A stretch of 64,000 bases of DNA. Origin: Squalus acanthias (lineage: Eukaryota). The DNA is taken from the NCBI GenBank assembly GCA_030390025.1, contig JASTWF010000357.1, forward strand, positions 248,001 through 312,000, read 5' to 3'. A program made the position numbers and the translations under genes. The notes beneath the pieces are model-generated. The model was given only the letters and a program-made list of their open reading frames with translations. It ran no database searches and was not told where the DNA came from. Shown one piece after another: positions 12,591 to 23,933 of this stretch (its first letter is position 1; each line of letters begins with the position of its first letter).

Positions 12591-13537
12591 ATGGCAGGAC
12601 AGCCCAGCCCCGTGTTGTGCTCCTCCTGCTCTATATGGGAAATCAGGGACCCTTCCGGTGTCCCTGACGACCATGTGTGCGGGAAGTGTATCCAGCTGCA
12701 GCTACTGACAGACCGCATTGCGGCGCTGGAGCTGCGGCTGGATGCATATTGGAGCATTCGCGATGCTGAGAACCTCGTGGATAGCACGTTTAGAGAGTTG
12801 GTCACACCGCAGGTGAAGGGTGTACAGGCAGGAAGTGAATGGGTGACCACCAGGCAGAGTAGGAGGTGCAGGCAGGTAGTGCAGGGGTCCCCTGTGGCCA
12901 TCCCCCGCTCAAACAGATATACCACTTTGGATACTGTTGCGGGGGATGACTTAGGGGAAGGCAGCAGCAGCCAACTTCCTGGCACCATGGGCGGCTCTGC
13001 TGCACAGGCTGGGAGAAAAAAGAGTGGAAGAGCTGTAGTGATAGGGGACTCAATTGTAAGGGGAATAGATAGGTGTTTCTGCGGCCGCAACCGAGACTCC
13101 AGGATGGTGTGTTGCCTCCCTGGTGCAAGGGTCAAGGACGTCTCGGAGCGGCTACCGAACATTTTGGAGGGGGAGGGCGAACAGCCAGCTGTCGTGTTGC
13201 ACATAGGCACCAACGATAATGGTAAAAAAGTGGATGAGGTCCTAAAAGCAGATTATAGGGAGCTAGGAGGTAAATAAAAAATAGGACCTCAAAGGTAGTA
13301 ATCTCAGGATTGCTACCACTGCCACGTGCTAGTCTGAGTAGAAATAGGAGGATATTTCAAATGAATACGTGGCTAGAGGAATGGAGCAAGGGGGAGGGAT
13401 TCAAATTCCTGGGACATTGGAACCGGTTCTGGGGGAGGCGGGACCAGTACAAACCGGACGGACTGGACCTGTTCAGGGCCGGGACCGCTGTCCTTGGGGG
13501 AGTGTTTGCTAGTGCTGTTGGGGAGGATTTAAACTAA
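12591..13537 (+). pseudogene. CR1 ORF1 (Cys-rich/coiled-coil N-terminus plus SGNH esterase-like domain), frameshifted
   Basis: CSSC...CGKC, IGDSIV, CLPGARV, HIGTND motifs. Split into 12591-13277 and 13310-13537. Confidence 0.8.
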
Positions 13538-13649
13538 TGTGGCAGGGGGTTGGGAACCTGAGCAGGGAGACAGAGGATAGCATGTCAGGAAGAGACAGAA
13601 GGTATGGAATAAAAGGTAAAGTGTTAAATAAGGAAAAAGCAGTAAGTAA

Positions 13650-16457
13650 GTGTCGCAAAATACGTTTAAAGTTCTTTATCTGAATGCACGTAGCATTCGT
13701 TACAAAATTTACGAGTTAATGGCACAAATAACTATGTATGGGTATGATCTTGTGGCCATTACAGAAACAAGACTGCAGGGTGACAACGTCTGGGAATTAA
13801 ATATGCCAGGGTATTTAACAATCAGGAAGGACAGGCAGGAAGGAAGGGGAGGTGGGGTGGCTATGTTAATAAAGGAAGGAATCACTGTAATACAGAGAAA
13901 TGATATTGGGTCAAATGATCAGTATAATGAAACAGTTTGGGTAGAGATAAGGAATAATAAGGGGAAAAAACACTGTTGGGCGTAGTATATAGGCCTACTA
14001 ATAGTTGTAACTCTGTTGGAAGAAGTATTAATCAGGAAATAGTTTTTGCATGTAATAAGGGAACAGCTATTATTATGGGGGATTTTTTCTATCATATTAA
14101 CTGGACCAAACAGATTGGGCAGGGCAGCCTTGAGGAAGAGTTTATTGAGTGTCTTAGGGATGGATTTCTTGAGCAGTATGTAACTAATCCTACAAGGGGT
14201 CAAGCAACCTTGGACCTGGTACTGTGTAATGAGTAAGGATTAATTCATAATGTCCTAGTTAGTGATCCCCTTGGAATGAGTGACCATAACATGGTTGAAT
14301 TCCATATCCAATTAGAGGGTGAGAAGTTTGTTTCTCAAACAAGCATACTGAGCTTGAATAAAGGAGACTATGATGGTATGAGAGCAGAATTGATTAAAGT
14401 GGACTGGGAAAATAGATTTAAGGGTAAGACGGTACATGAGCATAGTTTTCATTCAAGGAGTTATTTTACAACTTTCAAAATAAATATATTCCACTGATGA
14501 AAAAAGGGTGTAAAAGAAATGACAGCCATCCATGGCTAAGTAAAGAAATTAAAGAAAGTATCCAACTAAAAACAAGGACATATAAGGTAGCCAAAGTTAG
14601 TGGGAGGATAGAAGATTGGGAAGTCTTCAAAAGACAACAAAACGTAACTAAAGGGAAAATAGACTATGAAAATAAATTAGCAAAAAATATAAAAACAGAT
14701 AGCAAGAGTTTCTGTAGTTATATAAAAAGAAAAAGGGTGGTTAAGGCAAACGTAGGTCCCTTAGAGGATGAGACCGGGAAATTAATGATGGGAAACATGG
14801 AGATGGCAAAAATGCTGAACAAATATTTTGTTTCAGTCTTTACGGTAGAGGACATTAAGAATATCCCAACACTGGACAAACAGGGGGCTCTAGTGGGGGA
14901 GGAGCTAAATACGATTAAAATCACTAAGGAATTGGTACTCAGTAAAATAATGGGACTCAAGGCGGATAAATCCCCTGGACCTGATGGCTTACATCCTAGG
15001 GTCTTGACGGAAGTGGCAGTAGGATTGTGGATGCTTTGGTAATAATTTTCCAAAACTCCCTGAACTCAGCAAAGGTCCCGGCAGATTGGAAAACAGCTAA
15101 TGTAACACCCTTATTTAAAAAGGGTAGTAGGCAGAAGGCTGGAAATTATAGACCAGTTAGCCTAACATCTGTGGTGGGTAAAATTTTGGAGACTATTTTT
15201 AAGTAGACAGTAACGGAACATTTAGATAAACATAATTTAATAGGACAAAGTCAGCATGGCTTTATGAAGGGGAAGTCATGTCTGACAAATTTGCTCGAGT
15301 TCTTTGAGGATATAACGTACAGGGTGGATAAAGGGGAACCAGTGGACGTAGTGTATTTAGACTTCCAGAAGGCATTCGACAAGGTGCCACATAAAAGATT
15401 ATTACTCAAGATAAAAAATCACTGGATTGGGGGTAATATTCCGGCTTGGGTGGAGGATTGGTTATCTAACAGGAAGCAGAGAGTTGGGATAAATGTTTCA
15501 TTCTCGGACTGGCAACCAGTAGCCAGTGGTGTTCCGCAGGGGTCGGTGATGGGTCCCCAACTTTTTACAATCTATATTAACGATTTGGAGGAGGGGACCG
15601 AGTGTAACATATCAAAGTTTGCAGATGATACAGAGATGGGAGGGAAAGTAGAGAGTGAGGAGGACATAAAAAACCTACAAGGGGATATAGACAGGCTGGG
15701 TGAGTGGGCAGAGATTTGGCAGATGCAATACAATATTGGAAAATGTGAGGTTATGCACTTTGGCAGGAAAAATCAGAGAGCAGGTTATTATCTTAATGGC
15801 GAGAAACTGGAAAGTCCTGCAGTACAAAGGGATCTGGGGGTCTTGGTGCAAGAAAATCAAAAAGTTAGTATGCAGGTGCAGCAGGTGATCAAGAAAGCTA
15901 ATAGAATGCTGACTTTTATTGCTAGGGGGATAGAATATAAAAGCAGGGAGGTATTGCTGCAGTTGTATATGGTATTGGTGAGACCGCACCTGGAGTACTG
16001 CATACAGTTTTGGTGTCCATACTTAAGAAAAGACATACTTGCTCTCGAGGCAGTACAAAGAAGGTTCACTCGGTTAATTCCGGGGATTAGGGGGTTGACA
16101 TATGAGGAGAGGTTGAGTAGATTGGGACTCTACTCATTGGAGCTCAGAAGAATGAGAGGCGATCTTATTGAAACATATAAAATTGTGAAGGGGCTTGATC
16201 GGGTGGACGCGGTGAGGATGTTCCCAATGATGGGTGAAACTAGAACTAGGGGACATAATCTTAGAATAAGGGGCTGCTCTTTCAAAACTGAGATGAGGAG
16301 AAACTTTTTCACTCAGAGGGTAGTGGGTCTTTGGAATTTGCTACCCCAGGAAGCTGTGGAAGCTACTTCATTAAATAAATTTAAAACAGAAATAGACCGT
16401 TTCCTAGAAATAAATGGAATTAGGGGTTACGGGGAGCGGGCTGGAAATTGGACGTGA
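13650..16457 (+). pseudogene. CR1 ORF2 (APE-RT), several frameshifts and stops
   Basis: Fragments 13650-13985, 13976-14236, 14276-14497, 14497-15042 and 15264-16457 (FADD). Confidence 0.85.
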
Positions 16458-16660
16458 GTTTGAGTTCGGATCGGTCAAGGCCCTGTGGGTGGCGGAGCGG
16501 GCCCACTGGCCGAGTGGCCTGGTCATGCTCCTAATTTTTGTGTTCTTTAGAGTTGAGGTTGGATCAGATCAGCCATGATCTCATTGAATGGCGGAGCAGG
16601 CTCGAGGGGACAATTGGTCTACTCCTGCTCCTATTTCTTATGTTCTTATTTTCTTATGTT

Positions 16661-17905
16661 CTTTTAATGAACTCTAGCATTTTCCACACCATCGATGTCA
16701 GGCTTAACGGTCTATAATTCACCATTTTCTCTCCATCACCTTTTTTAAATAATGGGCTTACATTAGCTACCCTCCAATCCATGGGAACTGTGCCAGAGTC
16801 CATAGAATTTTGGAAGATGACCAGTAATGCATCTAATATTTCTAGGATCTCTTCCTTAAGTACCCTAGGATGTATATTATCAGGCCCTGGGGATTTATCG
16901 GCCTTCAATCCCGTCAATTTCCCTAACTCCATTTCCCTACAAATACTGATTTCATTCAGTTCCTGCCTCTCATTAGACCTTATATTCCCCGACAGCTCTG
17001 GGAGGTTATTTGAGTCCTCCTTTGTGAGGACAGAACAAAGGTATGTATTTAATTGGTCAGGCATTTCTTGTTTCCGCATTACAAATTCCCCTGATTCTGA
17101 CTGCAAGGGACCTACGCTTGACTTCACCGAACTTTTTCTCTTCGCATATCTATAGAAGCTTTTACAGTCAGTTTTTATGTTCCCTGCAATTTTACTCTCA
17201 TACTCTATTTTCCCCCTCTTAATTAATCCTTTTGTCCTCCTTTGCTGAATCCTAAACTGCTTCCAATCCTCAGGTATGCTGCTTTTTCTGTCCAGTTTAT
17301 CTGTCCTCTCCTTGGATCTTATGCTATCCCTAAATTCCCTTACTGGCCACGGTTGCGCCACCTTTTTTGTTTTATTTTTATGCCAGACAGGGATGAAAAA
17401 AATTCTGTAGTTCATCCATGCGATCTTTAAATGTTTGCCATTGCCTATCCACCGTCAACCTTTTAAGTAATGGTCCACAATCTATCCTAGCCAACTCGCG
17501 CCTCATAACATTGTAGTTTCCTTTATTTAAATTCAGGACCCTAGTCTCAGAGTCAACTATTTTACACTCCGTCTTAATGAAGAATTCTATCATATTATGA
17601 TCGCTCCTCCCCAAGGGGCCTTGCATAACAAGATTGCTAAGCAATCCTTTTTCATTACGTAATACCCAGTCTAAGATGGCCTGATCTCAAGAAGGTTCCT
17701 CAACATATTGGTCCAGGAAACCATCCCTTATACACTCTAGGAATTCCTCCTTCACAGTATTGTTACTAATTTGGTTAGCCCAATCTATATGTAGATTAAA
17801 GTCACTCATGATAACTGCTGTGCCATTATTGCACGCGTCTCTAATTTCCAGTTTAATGCCATCCCCAACCTCAGCATTACTGTTTGGGGGTCTGTATACA
17901 TCCTG
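16661..17905 (-). mobile_element. Old CR1-type LINE, 5' piece (end of endonuclease plus linker)
   Basis: ORF fragments 16654-17415, 17378-17644 and 17687-17956 (VYRPP, SDFN, SDHN, KSPGPD). Confidence 0.8.
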
Positions 17906-18662
17906 AAGTCGACAACTATACTCATCAAGAGCTTTGCATCTGTATGAAGATTTCAAGCTGGCAAATATCCCTTAATGCCATGGTCTCCCTTTATGCAAAA
18001 CTCGTTCTTCTGCACTGCTACGAAATCCAGGTAATTAATGTGTCCAGCTTTCATACACTAAGGCAACAGGTGAATGTACATTTACAAACAAGCCAATACA
18101 ATATAGTACTAATGTCAGCTCTGCCAATGACCATCGCTGTTTATACAGAGGAACAACCTTCAGAGCCCTGTAAAACAAACTGATCACATTACACATATTA
18201 ACTTGTGGAGATACCACCTCCAGACTAATTAAAGATCTGCTACCCATCATCTTAACAACCATTTGGTCTTCATATTCATTCATTAAAAATGTTGGGGATG
18301 AGTGGACTGGGCAGGTGAGGAAGCTCTCGGCAAGGAACGACTGGCTGCCTCTGATAGTTACGGTGAAGAACACAACCACAGATTTCAGAGGGAATTACAG
18401 GAATATAAAACTATCCTTTCTGATGCCAGCACATGCACTTTTCAAGGATTGCTTTTTGAGGGAGGGAGAGGGAGTATTGGTTTAAGGATAATTCACAAAA
18501 ATTAAGCATCATGAAAGGTGGCATCACACAGAAAAAAAAACCCATTGAAGTGGCAGTAAAATCACAGTTAGTCTTCCAAGCATCGTCCCACATACGAATA
18601 ATGCACAATACACAGCCCTTGTCAGCACCAGTAAGCTCATGAACAGTAAATTCATATACTTA

Positions 18663-19055
<393 letters not shown>

Positions 19056-19826
19056 TTAAAAAAATCAACGGAGTATAACTGAAACACAATTCTATTAAGG
19101 TACCAATTTCGTGAAATTTGCAAACCTTATAATGCTGCTCGAGTCAAGTTCGTTTATAAAAGTTACAAAGAGTAAAGGACCCAAAGCAGACCCTTGGGGA
19201 ACACCACTGGAGACCACCTCCCCGTCTGAAAAACACCAATCCATCACCGCCCTGTGCTTCCTGTCACTGAGCCAAATTCTGTAACAATACCATCACTTTT
19301 CCCTTACTTCCATGGGCTTCCACCTTCTTAACAAGCATCCCCTCTGTGTGTGATATTTATACAGAAAGTAAGTGTTTATGTTATGAGTGCGATGCGTTAT
19401 ATGTGGACTAGTTTAAAGTATATTTTTATAACATGATAACTCTTGTTATCAAAATATAAATATATAATTGCATCTGTGATCATTCTAAATGTACTTGGAT
19501 GTATCTGTGTGCTAGTTATAAATATATTTGTGTGTATTTTTGTGCTATTTATCATTTTTGTGTATGTGTGTGTGTGTCTGTGTTATGTATAAATATATTT
19601 GTGTGTAATTTAAAAGTACCATATTGAGAAATAAATATATACACAAAACATTTGGAATGAAGACTGATGTCCCCCAATAAAGGAATAAATATTACAGGTA
19701 TATGGGAAAACATTTGTAACATTTGCAACATCATTTGTAACCATGTAAAATAATCAAAATAAAATGTCATCCAAAATGGATAGACCCAATTATATATAAA
19801 ATTATCGCAGTGATTTAACTTAGTTT

Positions 19827-19876
19827 TCCTTGGTGATCTAGTAGTTAGGATTCGGCGCTTACATTGTCGGGGCCTG
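19827..19876 (+). pseudogene. tRNA-Glu-derived relic, 3'-truncated
   Basis: TCCTTGGTGATCTAGTAGTTAGGATTCGGCGCT resembles the vertebrate tRNA-Glu 5' half. No T-arm. Confidence 0.6.
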
Positions 19877-20152
19877 CTATTATCTGCATGCATCTGCTGT
19901 AAGAAAAAAAGCCTATTGATTTAATCACCATTAATGCACTGATGACCTTCTTTTACAGATTGAAAGAATGCTGACTAACCAAGAGTCGATACTTCAGTAT
20001 GTTTTCTGTGATGAACTGTGACCCACATCTCATTTCACACACAGGAGTCTGGTTTAAAATGTTCATTGCTTATGACACCAAGAATCTGGTGCAACTTTTG
20101 TTAAATTTAACAGGACCGGTAATTTCTCAGACAATAATATTCTCTGAAACAA

Positions 20153-20219
20153 TGTTCCCGCCCGGGCCCGGGACATTCCGCGTGAGAGGCGAAGGTGATA
20201 ACCGCTCCAGTCCGGAAAC
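20153..20219 (-). pseudogene. tRNA-Val-derived relic
   Basis: Minus strand GTTTCCGGACTGGAGCGGTTATCACCTTCGCCTCTCACGCGG...CCGGGCGGGAACA aligns to tRNA-Val. The T-loop is deleted. Confidence 0.6.
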
Positions 20220-21750
20220 CAGCGCTTCACCGCACACACACTGTTCAGCGAGATGCTCAATATATCTTTCTGCAAATTCATCACCAGTGAACCTTCAATC
20301 CCAGGGTGCTGGTTTTCAGATTTACATCAGTAACCTTTTAAATAAAGTCATATCACCGCGAACCAGCTCTCCTGCAACCGGTGCGGTCTCCCTTCCAGCC
20401 TTTCCGTAACTTGTTTGCTCCGAAGTATTCTGATTATCATCGAGCTGAAACGTTAACTCTTATTCTCTCTCCACAGATGTTGCCTGACCTGCTGGATATT
20501 TTGAAGAAGTTAATGAAGTAGGGTGGGAAGAGGGTCATGAGGAGACTAAAACACGGTCATGGACCTGTTGGGCTGAATGGCCTGTTTCCCTGCTGTAAAT
20601 ACTGTGTATTACAGCACAGATATTCCCTCGTGCAAACTTCATCTACTTGCCATGATGTGGACATGCCGGTATTGGACTGGGGTGGACAAATGTGAGAAGT
20701 CGCACAACACCAGGTTATAGTCCAACAGCTTTATTTGAAATCACAAGCTTTCGGAGCTGCTGACGAAGGAGCAGCAGCAGCAGCAGCAGAGTGGTGGTCT
20801 CTGTGAGCAGGAAGAGGAGAAGGAGAAGGAGACCAGACAGCAGGCCACCACCAACAACCAACAACCACAACTGAGGTGCCTGGAGAGAGAGGACAGGAGA
20901 GGAGAGGAGAAAGAAAGGAAGGCCAAGGCCATCAACAACAGAGGAGAGGCCTTTCCACACTGCCTCCTCAATTGGCCTCCATTTTAGGAGAGGGAGAGAG
21001 GGGAGAAAACAACACAACATCCATCATCTGTTTGGAAGGAGGAAGGAAGGAAAGAACAGCTACAGGTGGGTGTGATTCTGGTGCACTCTCCCAGAGACTT
21101 TGTTTTGTAGGTGGGGGGAGGAAAGAAGAAAAGAAGAGGGCCGGAACATCTAAGGGATGTATGTGTGTGTGTGTGTGTGTGGCTTCTGTAAAAGCTAGGC
21201 CGCACACACCATATTAAACACCCCTTTCCCATTGCCTGACCTGGGACAGCTGGAGCTGCCTAGGTGAAGTTCCCCAATTAATTTAATCTAATTGGGCATC
21301 GTTAAGACCTGGTGCAGGACTGAGCCTGGGCATCTCCAGCTATCCCAGGTGAAGACATCTTCTCCCCCCACCAGAAGACCACCACCAAAGACTTTTATTA
21401 CATCGGAGAGTGCACCCCCCTGCCAACACCCACCCACCCACCATCCTGAGTGGCGACCCTGCCCTTGCGGCTTCCCTCCTTCCCACCCCCCCCACCCCTC
21501 TCTCTCTCTCTTTGTCTCTTGTCTCTCTCTGCCTCTCTCTCTAAGAGGCAACTCAATTTACTTATAATTAAGTACCCATTGAGCAGAGGGGAGAAGGCCC
21601 CTCTCCCAATTCAATCAACTAAAGGGAGAGGTGTGCCTTCAATTTAAGAGCTCCCTCTGCTCAGGGGAAAACAGAAACAAAAAACCGAGGCCATTAACAC
21701 CTTCAGGCCTGTGACTTGGGGTGAGTGTAGCCCTTAAAGACCAACCCATC

Positions 21751-23908
21751 ATGGCGACCACATCTTCGCCGGTGGCGGGGGCAGCGTGGACATACGCAAG
21801 CGTGGCAGCCGCGGCCACGGCCGCAGCCACGAGTCCTCCTGTTACCCCGTCACCTTTTACCCTCCTTACGAGGAAGAATGGGGTCAAGAGCTACACTCAC
21901 CCCAACATGACTATAGAGGCGTGCGTTAAAGCCATGGCTGGGGTTGTCGGCCCTTCAGCCATCGTCGCCGCCTCTAAAATGTACGGCAAGGCTGTGTTCT
22001 TCCTGGGGTCGGAGCGGGCGGTGTCCCTGGCCATCGAGAAGGGGCTCACCGTGGGCGGGACCTTCCTGCCGGTGGACCCCCTTGAGGCCACCGCGCAAAG
22101 GATTGTGGTTTCCAACGTCCCGCCCTTTGTTCCGGGTGAGCTCCTCCTCCCCCACCTACGTCAACTGGGGGAGGTGAGGTCGGGGATCACACCCATCCCG
22201 CTCGGCTTCCGGGAAACCAGCCTTCGGCACGTCTTCTCCTTCCGGCGCCAGCATTTCGTCCGGCTGGCGCGGGAGGAGGACGCGGATGGCGCGTTCACGG
22301 TGCTCCACGGGGGGACCGCCCACCGCGTCTTCTGGACCTCGGACGGCGTGCGGTGCTACGCCTGTAAGGAGGTGGGGCACGTCCGCAAAAACTGCCCCGC
22401 CTCCAAGGCCGCCACGACACCTGGCGCGGCCAGGGTTGGCGCCGCCGCCCCCCCTCCCCCTGATACTGTCCGCGCGTCGACGGCGACGGATGCGCGGTCG
22501 AAATCGGAGGCCAACACCACCACGGCCTCCGGCGGGGGGGAGGGAGAGCGTCTGGGGGGAAGGAAGGCGCGTAGGAAAACTAAACACCTAAGGGCGGATC
22601 CCCTCGTGGAGGAAACATCCGAGTTGACCGAGCTCACGCCCGAGTACATCGCGGAGTTGATCGGGATGCATGAGACTGGGGGGGTCCTCGTGCCCGGGCC
22701 CGTGACCATGACCGCAACTGCTGAGGCAGCTAAATCAAGACCTGCGGCCGGGCTCGGGCCCGAGGGGCCCAAGAAACCCAGTCGTCGGAAGGGGGCAGAG
22801 AGGGAGGCCCCAGCAGACATGGAGGCCTCCCCCTCTCCGGGCCCCAATATGTTAAAAAGAAAGCTAGACCCCCAGGAGGAGGACTGCGAGGAGGAAGGTC
22901 CCTCCGCAGAGGGGGGGAGTCGCCCGCCGCGGGTGCTGCGCCCCACCCCACCACCGTCATTGTCGCACGCGAGCGGCAGGGGTCGCCTGTCCCTCGGGAG
23001 GGTGAGACAGCCGAGTCTGTCCGACCTGTGCCTCCCGGGGATGGGGAAGAGACCCTGCCCGTGGGGGGGGGGCGCGGAACAACCCGCGGAGGGAAATGTA
23101 GTTCCGGAACCGTTGCTCCTCGCCGGGTCGGGCGTCCTGGGGACTGGGGCGGGCGAGGCCAAAGAGGCTGAAGCCGAGCCCGCCTTTTATAACCCAGATA
23201 TCTCCCAGGGACTGCTCGACCTGGTGGAGGAGTGTAGCAATCCCCAGCCCGCTGGGTCGGAGGTTGGTGGCAGGGAGACAGAAAGCCCCCTGACTCCGTC
23301 TCTGATGTTGGCGCCGGACGTACTGGAGGAATTTGAGTTTATTTTCTCCCCGGTTTCTCCGGTCGCTCCGGCGCCTGAGGCGGGGGGGGGGGGGGCCCGA
23401 ACCGCCGCCGCCTCCCGGCCCGGCGCCCCTGAAGGAGCCCAGGGTGGACTCCTCTGCCACCGATCCTGGGGGTGGGTTCGTGACGGAGGCGGGGCCGGCC
23501 GGTGCGGCCGAGCCGTTCGCTGCACCCCGTGCGACGGACGGGTCGGCCGCCGGTGCCGACCTCCCGGAGGAGGACGGGGACTCGGTGGTGGGCATCGAGG
23601 ACGATTTGGAGTCCATCGGCAGCGAGGTGATGGACGCCCTCGTGCCCTTCACCGACTCTCCTCTCATTCCCGTAGGGGAACTCCGGGATTTTATGGCCAT
23701 GAGCCAGGGTCATCACAAGAAGATCCGGCTGGCCCTCGACAAATGGTCGGAGCTGGCGCTGCTCGTCATGTCCGTCCGCGCCGCCGTTAAAATCATGGGC
23801 GCGGACAAGGACTTTGGCCGGCTCGAGCTGCGTCGGCTCAAGAGTTTCCACACTGGGCTGCTGAGGGAGTGGCGGTCGTCAGTGACCGCGCTCCCTCCCC
23901 TCCGTTAG
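21751..23908 (+). pseudogene. Tx1 ORF1, frameshifted at G runs
   Basis: CYACKEVGHVRKNC knuckle. ORFs 21721-23790 and 23333-23908 together match ORF1 of copy 1. Confidence 0.8.
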
Positions 23909-23933
23909 GTAGAGGTTGCACTATGCTTCTGAG

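Larger units (their letters stand above)
11895..16660 (+). mobile_element. Full-length CR1-type LINE with a 5' tandem monomer array, inserted into the old CR1
   Basis: 5' repeats, ORF1, fragmented ORF2 and (TTCTTATG)n tail. The host CR1 resumes at 16661. Confidence 0.88.

Noticed and set aside
17905..18200. Possible next CSMD exon after an acceptor-like TTTTACAG
   Set aside because: The translation does not resemble the second half of a CUB domain.
20758..20800. Functional hammerhead at the Tx1 5' end (CUGACGAAGGAGC...)
   Set aside because: There is no downstream GCUCC-GAAA and no stem I partner, so only half the motif is present in cis.
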